DNA of 56,176 nucleotides, filler included, from Sphacelaria rigidula (taxonomy: Eukaryota): assembly GCA_964200075.2 (NCBI GenBank). It is 7 parts of 7 records of this genome, joined end to end, with 100 filler letters (N's around TTAATTAATTAA, not from the genome) between each part and the next. Parts side by side here need not be neighbours in the genome. Positions count along the whole stretch, not along the records: positions 40,199 to 48,137 come from CAXNAA020012910.1; positions 48,238 to 56,176 come from CAXNAA020012911.1; 5 more parts are not named here. One strand, written 5' to 3'. The notes below the pieces were generated by a model, which worked only from the letters and a program-made list of their open reading frames with translations, had not been told where the DNA came from and did no database searches. Made by a program: the position numbers and the translations under genes. Below are positions 40,199 through 52,775 of the stretch, in pieces. Every line of letters starts with the position of its first letter. Positions within the stretch are counted from its first letter, which is position 1.

Positions 40199-40647
40199 GT
40201 GGATACCCTTTGGACCAGCGGTCAACTTTTTTCATCCTTTTGGTCAATCAGGCCGAACAAATCGTGAAATTGGTGATTTTGAGTCGTGATGATTTGTCCT
40301 AACCGTGGAATCATGTGAGAGTAAGCCAGCAGGATAACTATTCCAATGTGCTAGGGACGTCACGAATGGATGTACAAACGGGGATGCTCTGAGCCATATA
40401 CGTGTGCCTCTAGAATCGTTAGGAGCCCCTGAACGAGATAGGATTTTGCGCAGAAAGTGCACCCCTACCGGAGCATTGCTCCGAGTCCGTGGATGCCCGT
40501 GCGAAAATGACTTGATGCTAGTGTTGTAGTACTCCCGCAGTATACTATTACAAAACCTCAAAAGTCACGAGCGTAGTCATGACCAGTATCCCCCAAGTTC
40601 CCCTGAACTACTTTGTTTCATCACTTTTTGGCATCTCTTTCGTGCAG

Positions 40648-43600
40648 AGGACGGTGACGAGGAGGGCGAGGCGCAGGAGATTCCGCTGCCCAACGTAAAG
40701 GCATCCGTACTGTCAAAGGTAAGGCGTCCTACACGAGAAACCTGCGAAAGTGGCCAGGATACAGCGTAGGGTACTGTGGGATATTGATATCCCGGCTACT
40801 TGAGGAAAATACTTGTACCACGCAGCAGTTGGCCTTCCAGGTACCCTGAAGTACCCAGTACTGAAGATGCCCTCGAGATCCAGGGTATTGTACCTAAAGT
40901 ACGGCACCGTATCCTGACTGGACCAACTACGAAGACGTGAAACCCCGACCTCACACGCGCGGGGCTGGGGTTACGGGAGTCTTCTTTTGCAAGATTTGCC
41001 TGTCGTGTTCTCAAGCAGATATTTATTTTTGACCGAAGAATTTTTCCTGTCAAGGGATGCCATATCACCCATTTTCTACTAATTCATTTTTTCCGAATGG
41101 GATGGAGAAAAGTAGTTTTATCCTCGTGATTTAGCTGCTAGATGCATCCAGGATTCTGAAATTGAAGTTGGTTCACATGCTGAGTTTAAGCTACTGGACT
41201 CACCAAGTATGCGGTGGATCATGCCTGCAGCTAATGGAGCCTGCACTCACAAGTTGCGTAATTGTGACGCGATTCAGTGTCCCAACTGTAAAGATGGTTG
41301 AAAGTGTTCTGCGGTGTTTTTGTTCCGATATGTGGTCATCTATTTTCCCTCACTACTCCAACGGCAATCTCGCGTTGTTCCGGAAAATGTGTTCGCTGGA
41401 CTGTCAAGGTCATTGAGTTCTGCAAGCACTACAAGGAGGACCCAATGAATGAGATCGAAAAGCCGCTGAAGAGCGCAAATATGCATGACGTAGTGCAGGA
41501 GTGGTACGCGAAGTTTGTTGAGGTGCCACAGGAGACTTTGTTCGAGCTCATCCTCGCTGCGAACTACATGGACATCAAGCCTCTTCTCGACCTCACATGC
41601 GCGACCGTCGCGTCAATGATCAAGGTCAGTGGATACCAGATACAGTACATACGTTTTTCTGGTTCTAATTCGCCGCAAACTCAAAATCCAGCGAATCGTG
41701 GTCGCATGTAGATGTACACCGGGTGTGGAAAATGACAGCGCTTTTAGAAACAAGTGAAGTAAAATAAGGCTGAGACGAAGCGAGTGACGGTAATGATGAG
41801 AAGGCATGGTGACGCGTCGCGTTAAAACCCGGCATGTGTTGCCTTCACACGTCGGACGAGCTTTTAATGGTCGAAACGAGTGCGCTCGTGGATTTTTTTT
41901 TCCAAACAACGACCATGACTCGTGTGCTTGAGTCAGTACTTGTTCTTGAAAGGAGAAAAGACGCGAGTGCTCGCCCAAATAATTTTCACGGCCAACGAGC
42001 AGCCCAACGAGAGCGAGTGCGACCAGTCACATTCGTGTTCGTCCGACTTGTGAAATACTTTCCCTTATTCGAGACGAGATGAGTCCGTGGTCTCGATCCA
42101 CCCATCTCTGCCCGGTATACGCCTTGCATCTTGGTCTCGCGAATTGGATCATGACCATCGGCACTCCCGCACCGCGTCAGCTTTCGTCAAACGAACTCAA
42201 TCAAGCCTTTCCCAATCGCATTTGTGGGAGAAAATTGTAGGGCAATATACGAAAAAGGGTACACCCTGGTGCGTTCGGAGCAAAAAAGGGTGGCGCATTT
42301 TCCGCTTTGGGGCACGGCGCTGCACGCTGGCTGAACACCTCGGAAACATGTTCCAGCAACTCAGCCCCACGTCCAAGGTCCCTGGGCAGCATACCCGACC
42401 ATTTTTTTTTCACGTTCACAAGTGTTACCTTTTTTCGTAAGCAAAACAGGAGGGTACACCCTGCCCTTTTCTGTCAAGTGGTGACCGTACCGCCGTCTCA
42501 GCGCAAGTTACGCCGAGCAGTCACAACCATAGCCATTTTCGGTAAACCTACACCCCGCCAAAAAAAGCCGAAACACAACAACCAGAAGAGTGTGGCTCCC
42601 CTGTTGGTTTGCCCGAAGACCCGGAAGATCCAACGATGCATACAGGTCCCTTGTGTGCCGGACTTCACGAAGATCCAAGGGACAGGGGTGAACCTCTTGC
42701 CGGCACACCAGCCCGAACGGCACCACGCGGGGTCGGCAACGCCGGACCGTTGCCGGATCTGCAATTTGCCGCTCGGAAACGGAGATGGACACCGACCGGA
42801 TTTCGGATCGAAGCATAAACGCCTAAATCCAACGCCGCAGACCCGGGTTCGAAAATACAGCACACATAAACAACGGAGTAGTCGACGTCCGACTGTGTAC
42901 ACGAGGCGGTGCATGCGATTGCACATATCTGCCCCACGTCTGTGATCCTTCCATAGTGTTTCGATGCTCAGAGCCGGTGAATCTCCTTTTCTGTGGGGGT
43001 GTGCCGAGGTGAACAAATTTGCTGTTGGGTGAATTATCGACGCCGCCTTCCAGCATAACACCATTTGTGGGGGGCATTGTCATTTCTCCGGGGCGGTGTG
43101 GCGTGTTGACCTTTGCTGCTCATGATAATATGAAGGTTTTCTGTACGTGTTGCTTGGGTTGTGGGTGTCACGGATTCTGGTATTCCGAGTTGTGGTTGGA
43201 GGGCGCGTGTTTAGCTATTAGAGGACGACAGCTGGCTGTACAGTCTGCGGCGTTGGATTTAGGCGTTTATGCTTCGATCCGAAATCCGGTCGGTGTCCAT
43301 CTCCGTTTCCGAGCGGCAAATTGCAGATCCAGCAACGGTCCGGCGTTGCCGACCCCGCGTGGTGCCGTTCGGGCTGGTGTGCCGGCAAGAGGTTCACCCC
43401 TGTTCCTTGGATCTTCGTGAGGTCCGGCACACAAGGGACCTGTATGCATCGTTGGATCCTCCGGGTCTTCGGGCAAACCAACAGGGGAGCCACACTCTTC
43501 TGGTTGTTGTGTTTCGGCCTTTTTTGGCGGGGTGTAGGTTTACCGAAAATGGCTATGGTTGTGACTGCCCGGCGTAACTTGCGCTGAGACGGCGGTACGG

Positions 43601-44671
43601 TCACCACTTCACAAAAAAAGGGTCACCACTTGACAGAAAACGAACTTCGGAGGGGTCGAGCGTTCAAGGCCTTGTCGCTGTATCTTGTGCTGCATTGTAC
43701 TTCATTGCACCCCCTGAAACTACCATTATCGCACAAGAGGATTTAACCCCAGCCCGAGAATGGGACAACAGTAGAACAAACTAGGGTAGATACAAACTTT
43801 TAGCAGAGGGCAGGGTGTACCCTTCTGTTTTGCTTACGAAAAAAGGTACTCTCCCAGGTTCTCATTTTCGGCGCAGTAGTTCAGCCCAGTAACACTTGTG
43901 AACGTGAAAAAAAAATGGTCGGGTATGCTGCCCAGGGACCTTGGGCGTGGGGCTGAGTTGCTGGAACATGTTTCCGAGGTGTTCAGCCAGCGTGCAGCCC
44001 CGCGCCCCAAAGCGAAAAATGTGCCACCCTTTTTTGCTCCGAAAGCACCAGGGTGTACCCTTTTTCGTATATTTTCCAGAAAAATATACAAGTTTGGGTT
44101 TGTGAAATTCTACCTACTCATCGCACTAGAGCCGAAAAACTGTGTTTCACTGTAAAAAACACCCTGCTAGTAAACGGGATATGTGCTCGTATTGCCCGAT
44201 GAAACCAACACGAACTCGGGCACGGGGCGGGAGAGACGATCTGTTCATTCTACCAAAATCTACTGACGGGGGGGGGGGGAGAAAAGACAAGCTCTTTCAA
44301 AGAGTAGGTGGTGAAGAAGAACTTGTTAACAAGACTGTAATTCAGGCGCCCTCTACTGTGGGAGTTTGGGCTTGATGAATCTTGACCTCCTTTGTTTAAT
44401 TTTTGCTACACACCATACCTGCAATCCGAAAAATAAAAATCGAAGCAACAAATCACGCGTAAACGTGCACTCATTTCAAAGACAAGGAACCGCTCGTTGT
44501 ATTTCACTCATGTACATCTCTGCTACTTTGCGTTTTTTCCCCCTTGTCCACACGCCCCCTCAGGGAAAGACCGCGGAAGAGATCCGCAAAACTTTCAACA
44601 TTGTGAACGATTTTACGCCAGAAGAAGAAGCGCAGGTTCGCGAAGAGAACAAATGGTGTGAGGACGCGTGA
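40648..44671 (+). CDS. SKP1: S-phase kinase-associated protein 1 (SCF adaptor), 5' exon(s) missing
   Basis: Exons 40648-40718 ([14 protein letters not shown]), 41409-41624 (VIEFCKHY...[29 protein letters not shown]) and 44564-44671 ([35 protein letters not shown]); canonical AG/GT sites, in phase. Confidence 0.97.
41846..42052. mobile_element. Small CAC..GTG-terminated MITE in SKP1 intron
   Basis: TIRs cacacgtcggacga / tcgtccgacttgtg; a second, one-ended copy starts at 46816. Confidence 0.7.
42250..44067. mobile_element. 1.8-kb foldback DNA element (TA/TATA-flanked, Tc1/mariner-like termini) in the last SKP1 intron
   Basis: tata|CGAAAAAGGGTACACCCTGGTGC...GCACCAGGGTGTACCCTTTTTCG|tata; near-identical inverted arms 42250-42842 and 43243-44067 around a 400-bp spacer. 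Confidence 0.9.
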
Positions 44672-45809
44672 GCTGCTCGCCTATCATATATAAGAGATCC
44701 GGGGTGGGTGCGGTGGGGGGGGGGCACATCCCTGCAACCATTTGGGTGTAGTAGAAGGACGTGACGATAGCAGGCAGGTAATGGAGTGGGCGCGGGTTCA
44801 TGGTCGGGGTTTTTTCGTAGCCCTGCGTTTTGTTATTCATGTTATCTTGTGACGCACAAATGTGGGGGACGACGCGGCGCGCCGGAAAAGAAGTGGATGT
44901 GTCTGCGGGAGGGGCGCTGTTCAGGTTTATAAAATACTGTGCGGTTTGTGTATTACGCGACTGCCTGGATTTTTTTTTTTCCGTGTCTCATCGAGTCAGG
45001 CTCACAACGCATTCGGGCGCATCACCTTGCTAGAGTTTTGTCACATGTGCGGGGTTGCGTGTGATCAAACTCTACTAAACCAAAATAGCACCAACATTAC
45101 GCTGAAGTTTATATTTTACTGCGGCAATTCGTGCGTACAGATGTGTTCCTCCAGGTCACTTGGACACTGATGAGAGTTATGGGTACAACGTGAGCAGAAT
45201 GCCGACGCAAATATTCCCGTCAACCTCGTGTGGGTATTCTGCAGTCGGGTGTATGTTGTCTTGGAAGAACTTGGAACCTGGGGTCTTGATGAGGGAAAAG
45301 CTACTGTGACTGTAGGATGCTCTTTTGTTTGGTCGGTGTACTCTGTTAATAAACGTGACTACGTGTTGTAGTTGTGTTTCAGGTGTTGGGTGTGTCATCA
45401 TTGTTTTCGAGTGCTGCTTTCGTGTGTGTTGTTTGTGTGTGCAGGAGATGCGCGTGTTCTCCCTGTTCTCTCTTTCTTGACTGGTCCTGTCATCACGTGT
45501 GAGTTTCGATTGCAATGTATGCAGCAGTAGACCATTCAGGGCTGCCATATGCGTGGGCACGGTTGCAATCGACGGATGCATGGGGGTAAATGCGACTGTT
45601 GATCCGGGAGGCGACGAAGAATTGAACGAATGAGAACCCCGCCACTGTTCACCACGAGGTGGCAGCTCTCTTGTCTCGTGCACACCGTGATGCTTCGGTG
45701 GCCATATCCCCTCCTGGAAACATCACGGTATGCGTACAGCGTTTGTCGCAGACTTTTTCGCATTTCGTTGGTAACAAAGTAAGTCCACATCTGGCGCATG
45801 TATGGCATA

Positions 45810-46815
45810 CAGGCTGGGCCGCCTAAGAAGCGGATTTTCCTTCAGCCGGTTCTAACTGACGATCTATCGCGAGTTGTGCCTACCATGACACATCGTGGTG
45901 ATCTGCAGATCAACGCGCGTCTTTCACTTCACGAAGCACTGCAATCTGACAAGTTCCCATCAAAGAAGTATCAACCTGCAGTCAGCTATGACTTGTAGTT
46001 GAGGGTAGCATGTGCTGCGGAATTAGGAAAAAAACGGCTGATTTCGCATTCATGGTTACAGTCGGTTGTGCCGCGGCCGCAAAGTGATGGTGCTGCACTA
46101 GTTGTGGTTGTACAACACGGCATGTCGTATTGTACGCGCGCAGGGTCTGAGATAGCACGCAGACAAGACTTCCAGCGCCCGAGGGCGTCGGGCTTGTAGA
46201 AAAGTCAAAGTTCCGTCTGAGGTTGTGCACTAAAAGCAAGTGAACCGGTTCTCGACAGAAGAACGCGATTTGACTGCTCAATTTCAAGTCGTTCTCCATG
46301 AAATTTTGACTCCATGTACATGAGGTACAAAATGTGTGAAGCCCCTACTGTTACTCCGTCTTGAATTTTTTTTTCCTCGTGAGTTTTTGGTGATCTAACT
46401 TACGGAACAGTTTTTTCTGGTACAAGAGCTTCGACAACTCATCGAAATATATATATATATATCAAGGGGGGGACAAGAGGGTCCTCACAACACACCTCAT
46501 GCGCATCGTGTCAGAATTTCGGGGGAAGATACTCGGAATTAAACAGCACAACCGCGTTTCATTTTCTCGTGGCTGGTCCATCTCCACGTTAGAGACTCCG
46601 TGTTTAGCAGCTCAATTTTGGGTCGTTTTATATGAAATTTTGACATGATGTACAGGATGTATGTGCAAAGACTCCGCCTTCTGCCCCCTACATTTTTTTT
46701 CCTTTCGCCGTCCGTTACCGGCGACCAAACGTTTCAGAACAGTTTATTCCGGAACAATCGTGAATACCTTCCGCGAAAAAACAAAAAAAATGTAGGGGGC
46801 AGAAGTTGTAGTCTT
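45810..46815 (-). mobile_element. Second copy of the 33780-35200 repeat
   Basis: Reverse-complement similarity, with internal deletions. Confidence 0.75.
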
Positions 46816-48137
46816 CCACACGTCGGACGAGTCATTACTCGTCGAAACGAGTGCATTCGTGGACAGTTTTAGAGAACACAACGAACATGACTCGTGTGCT
46901 CCAGTCATTAATATTTCTTACAACGAGCAGTGACTCGAGTGCTCGCCCTATTTTTTTTTCCCACAACGAGTAATGACTCCAGTGCTGGCCCTATCAGTCC
47001 TTTTGTGGCCGACCCCCCACTAAAAAGGGGTTGACCACGTGTTCGTTAAGTAATTTTTTAAGTCAGTGAGCGATCTGCCCAATAACGGCGAGGCGAAATT
47101 CATCGAACAGACCCGAACGACCAGCGCGGGGACTGTTGCCGAGTGTGATGTCACTACACGGATCGTGTGGGAAGCCTGTCCCTGGTCCAGATAGGCCTTC
47201 CCAACTTTCAATATCCAGGATGCTCGGAGCATGGTTTATCGTACTACTTGCCTTCAGTATAGCGTCCCAGGGGTTTTTATGGTCGCCAGCCCATACTAAA
47301 ACGTAGCAATTACACCAACACAGGGTGGAGTGGAGTGTACATGCCGCAATGTGGTCATTTTCACGAGGCACTAAACCCAGCTGGGCCGTGGAAAGATAGA
47401 GGGAGCTACCCTCATGAATTCTGCTCATCCCTCTGCCGATGACTTACAGAACAATGTGAATATGTATGTAGTGGGCGGGGATGAATAAACTGTGTATTGG
47501 CAGCTGATTTCCGTCGCTGAGAACTGCCCAGAACGTGCAAGAGAGTGTGCAGCGGCAGCTGCTGCTGCTGCAATCGGAGGGGCATATACTGCACTGTACT
47601 ACTGTACTCTACATATGTGCCCCACAACGCCCATACCCTTCGAAAAGAATTTGTCGCATGCAAGAAGGAGGGAATTGGCGGCCCACCCCGACCGCAAAGG
47701 GCTGTGTGGAAAGGTGACAGGGACCATAATATCACCCAAAGCCACAAATAGCGGGCGGCCCGCCGGTCGCCGCATCCTGTTGAAAGCTCTCTACGGCGAC
47801 ACATATACTGCTTGCTATAGCAGATAAAAGGTTTTGAGGTTACCGACTGAGCCACCGGGGCGACCGGCGTGTATGAGATCAAGGACACTTTCTAGGATAG
47901 CCCCCCCCAAAACCAGCCCAAAAGTGTCACGAAAAAAATGGCCATACAGCGCCTGATGCTTGGGTTCAGGCTGCATGAAGCACCTCATATTGGCAACATT
48001 GCCGAGAACGAGCCCAAGCGTGAGAATTCCTAGCTGCTCGTTGTGCTCGGCTTTTCCCATTTCGATTTACGTGAAGATTTTGCCTTCCAGAACCGTGCAC
48101 TTTTGGGGGGGGGGGGGGGGAGTCAGTTGTTGCGGGC

Positions 48138-48237
48138 NNNNNNNNNNNNNNNNNNNNNNNNNNNNNNNNNNNNNNNNNNNNTTAATTAATTAANNNNNNN
48201 NNNNNNNNNNNNNNNNNNNNNNNNNNNNNNNNNNNNN
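48138..48237. other. Artificial contig linker
   Basis: N44-TTAATTAATTAA-N44. Confidence 0.97.
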
Positions 48238-48328
48238 CGAAGATTTCAATTCTCCGGGTTTCTCATCACCAATAAAAGATCCATTCCCAATTTGTAACAT
48301 CCCGTATTGACAGCCTCCCGCACGAGAA

Positions 48329-48385
48329 GCAGCAGCACCAGCAGCACCAGCAGCACCAGCAGCACCAGCAGCACCAGCAGCACCA
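48329..48385. repeat. (GCAGCACCA)n minisatellite
   Basis: About 6 copies of a 9-bp unit; a (CTG)n run follows at ~48454-48477. Confidence 0.85.
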
Positions 48386-48550
48386 TCAACAGTATCTTTA
48401 TTGCCAGTGAACATGTACGACTGGGGGTGGGTCTCAATCAGCCGGTGCCGATACTGCTGCTGCTGCTGCTGCTGCTCTTGGACGATCCGCGTTTCGATCG
48501 TGCGACAACACCCACGCACCTTGCGAGTGATGGCCACTGTTGTGCTGGTC

Positions 48551-51500
48551 ACCTGCAAACTCTGCTCCAGTGCTCTGTAAGCTGACATCGCTAGAAGGAC
48601 ACTACCATAACCACCTTGCTGGCTGCCAGACTGTCACAGACTCTCAGGACGTGGGATCCGCTAGCATTGCTACTGTCTGAACGGGGGTGTCGCCCCCTTG
48701 TCAGTTACTGTCAGATGAAGATCACCCTTCCTTGTACATGAGTACCAGCTGGGGGTTCTCACCCAAGACTTCGATTTGGAGGATGATACCAGGTGAGCAG
48801 CGGCAACTGCTGTGCGTTTGGTGTCCGTTTGACGAAGTTATCCCAAAAAAACGAGATCGATAAGGGTTTTAGAGTGGAAAAATCTAGCAAGAAAAATATC
48901 GCAAGAACTACGACGCAAGAACCACGACGCAAACAAAACATCGCAAGAACAACGACGCAAGAACAACGACGCAAGAACAACGACGCAAGAACCACGACGC
49001 AAAAAAAACTCTTAGTCGAAATTTCACCCGCAGCAGAAAGCAACTTCACTTTGTGAAATTGGAATGCATATCCGTTTTTTAAACTAGTACGGTATACTAG
49101 TTCGAACAGCGCGGAGCATGCGGCAGTACCAGATCGAGAAACTGGTACACCACATCTCCAAGTGCAACAACGATGGACTCGCTGGCATTCCCTCTGCATG
49201 CTTTCGAATATAGCGTCATGAAACATGAGGAGCAATACCGCGACGGGCTGCCACAGGAGAGTACAACGCTGTAGTGCCCAAGCGCGCTGGCACGGTGTCG
49301 GCAACACGGAAACGCTAGCGCGCGTGCTGGTCGAAAATAACGCGCTCCGCCCGTGTCTTTCAATTCAGTGCGTCTTATTGAATATCAATACAGAGGTTAC
49401 CCTACGGGTGTGGAGCCGATACTGTGTACCAACCGCGGCGTCACGCCTGCGGCGGTACTGCCTGCTCACTGCACGGCAGTAGGGTTCAGGGTGACAAAAC
49501 ATACCGTAGAACGTCGCATCCTTAGTCTATCCCTGTCCTGCATTGATTTCGTGGTGTCCTATGCAGTTCGCCACATCATGAGTGCAGCCACTGTATGGCT
49601 GCCAAGGTTTACGCAGGATATAAACGTCCTCGCCACGCGCTATATTTCCACGCCACATTTTGTGAAGCTGTCCGTGTTGCAGCTACAGCGTGCGTTTGCC
49701 CCCAGGTGGCGCACACAGGAGCCCCAGGTGCGCACACAGGAGTGAAAGGCCGCCTCCGCCGCTGTAATGGCTGCCTGTATCTTGGGCGAAGCTTTATTGT
49801 AACACAGCCGTGGCTGGTGCGCCCACATATACCGAAAGGTGGAGACGGGTGTCTAGAATAGATGAGACGACAACACACATAGCACAACTGATGTTGCGCA
49901 GTACACTTTCCACATCGTGTTCGTACTGTCTGCAGAATATTTTTGTTCACGGTTGGGCACAGTTTCCATATAAAATGCAGGGGCAACATCTGGGCAAATT
50001 GCAAGTGAGGCGATCGCCGAAATATTCACATGTAAGCTCTGCCCCACAGTGCAGTGTAAGTTGACATCGCTAAAAGGACACTACCACAACCACCTTACCG
50101 GCTGCCAGACTGTCACAGACTGTCGGGACGTAGGATCCGCTAGCATTGCTACTGTTAGGTACGTTTTGGAGCATGATACTCGCTGTAGATCATCCTTGTA
50201 CATGGGCACCAAACGCTGGGGGTTCTTACTCAAGACTTCGGTTTGGAGGATGATACCAGGTGGACAGCGGCAACTGCTGTTTGTCCAGGTCCCCCTTGGA
50301 GCAGGATGCGTTTGGTGTCCGTTTAACAAAGTTATCCCCAAGAAACCGGAATCGATAGGGGTTTCACATTGGAAAAATATGACAAACAAACTATCGCAAG
50401 AATCCAATCGCAAGAATCTTGACGCAAAACAACTATCGCGAGAGACCGATCGCAAGAATCTTGACGCAAAACAACTATCGCGAGAGACCGATCGCAAGAA
50501 TCAGGTCGAAGAATCCTGACGCAAAAACGGAGTCGAAACAAACCTCTTGGTCGATTTTTTATCCGCAGCAGGGACCAACTTTACTTCGTGATATTGGAAT
50601 TGTACAGATTGCCCTGTGTTCAGGGCGCTTCCAATTTCAATTTATTTCGGTGTTCGTGACGTGGCCGTCTCGGATTCCGGGGGTGAAAACAGAGTAGTCT
50701 CGGCTGGGCCGTTCTACTCTAGAGTGACGAGGTATGCCCGTAACGTATTTTGTAATTTACACGTGGTATCTATCTTCCATGGCTCGGACGAATCATCGCC
50801 GATTTGAATCACCAAATCCACGATTTCGTAGGCCTGATTGCTCGAAAGAGAGAAAAAGTCGACTGCTAGTCAAACAGGTCCCCACGCAACTTTTGCGTCA
50901 TTCCACGTTCCTGGGCTACGCGTACCTGGGTTGCAACGCTGAAAACAAAGCCTAAGGATTGATTCATACGGTACGAATCAATTTCACTCGAAATCGAATA
51001 ATTTCAGGACGAATCATTGATTTGTCCCTTGCTGTCTTCGTACGGTAGGCAGTGGAGGGACTGGTGGACTCGTTTCAATACCAAAACGCTCAGGTATTCA
51101 TCATGATGTAAATGTTTCGTCTTGTGTCTCGTTCGAATCACGTGTTTCATACTGCCTGTACTGCAGTATGGTTGCGTCCTAGCATTCCCTTGCAAAAACT
51201 ACGATCTCTGCGCCTCGTACACACCTCATGATAACTGGAGCATGTCGATGGCCCATATATAATGCATACAGTATGCGTTTCTGAATTGGTACGGTATACT
51301 ACAGTATTTGGTGCAACACGCAACATGCGGGGGTTCTATCGAAAAACAACTGGTTCACCACAATCCAAGTGCAACAACGATGGACTCGCTGGCATCTCTT
51401 CTGCGTGTTTTCGGATAGAGCGTGATGAAACATGAGGAGCACTACCGCGACGGGCTGCCACAGGGGAGTACGGCACTTTGGGCACAAGCGCGCTGGCACG

Positions 51501-52560
51501 ATGTCGACAACACGGAAAACGCTAGCGCGCGTGCTGCTCGAACATAACGCTCTCCGCGCGTGTAATTCAATTCAATGCGTTTTATTGAATTTAATGCAGA
51601 GGTAACCCTACGGGTGTGGAGCCGATACTACTGTGTACCAACCTCATCGTGAGGCATTCGGCGGTACTACCTGCTGACTGCACAGCGGTAGGGTGCAGAG
51701 TGACAGAGCACACCGCAGGACGTGACACCCTTAGCCTATTCGTATTCTTGTCCTGCATTGATTTCGCGTTGTCCTCTGCAGTTCGTCATATCATGAACGC
51801 AGCCGCTTGTATCTGCGGCTAACATGTAGGCGGGATATCACGCCACGCGCTACAGGATATTGCTACGTCACATCTCATAAAGCTGTCCGTGTTGCAGCTA
51901 CAGCGTGCGTTTGCCCCAGGTGGCGCACGCAGGAGTGAAAGGCCGCCTCCGCCGCTAAAATGGCTGCCTGTATCTTGGGCGAAGCTAAATGGTAACACAG
52001 CCGCGGCTGGTACGCCCACATATACCACAAGGTGGGGACGGGCGTCCAGAACAGATGGGACGACAACACACACAACACTCTGTATGAATTACACTTCCAA
52101 CATCGTGATCATCGTGACTGTAGAAATCTTTCGTCCACGGTTGGGTATATTTCCATATATAATGCAGGGTCTGGTACCATCTCGACTTATAATGTGACGG
52201 AGGGTTTGGTATGTTTCCACCTGTACGTGAATCTAACAATGTTACTCGATGATATCCAGCAAAAATCCACATCATCTGGGCGAACTGTAGGTGAGGCGCA
52301 GTCGCCGAAATATTCACCTTCAAACTCTGCTCCAGTGCACTGTAAGTGTCGCCCCCTTGTCAGTTACGTTTTGGAGCACGATACTAGATGGATGAAGATC
52401 ACCCTTCCTTGTACATGGGCACCAAACGCTGGGGGTTCTCACTCAAGACTTTGATTTGGAGGATCATACTAGGTAGGCAGCGGCAACTGCTGTGTGTCCA
52501 GATGCCCCTTGGAGCAGGATGCGTTTGGTGTCCGTTTGACGAACGTATCCCCCCATTGGA
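48551..52560 (+). repeat. Head-to-tail array of diverged 1.5-2.3-kb composite units
   Basis: Unit starts at ~48551, ~50029 and ~52316. Shared blocks: gacatcgcta.aaggacactacca.aaccacctt, ccttgtacatg.g.acca, ccaagtgcaacaacgatggactcgctggcat, and SINE tails at ~49810-49880 and ~52005-52075. Confidence 0.85.
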
Positions 52561-52775
52561 AAGGCACGCTCGTGGCAGGCGGCGTGCTGTTCTCTCAGTC
52601 TCCCCCCGCCCCCCTTTCACCCCTTGGATCGTCCGGTGTAGAGTGTAGGGAGAAGAAGAGGGATTTAGTCTATGTTAATAAAAGGAAAATGAAAAATGAT
52701 ATGTACCCGGTCGAATACTATGAGGAGAGATGGTGGTAGCAGATATGCGACGATGGTGTCCGAAAAGAAGAGGTA

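Noticed and set aside
42307-43607. Mirror-image ORFs (212, 188 and 129 aa) in the foldback arms
   Set aside because: Produced by GC-rich inverted arms; no transposase or other domain motif recognised
48898-50510. CRISPR-like array
   Set aside because: Contiguous 14-bp and 42-bp minisatellites without unique spacers, in a eukaryotic context with no cas genes
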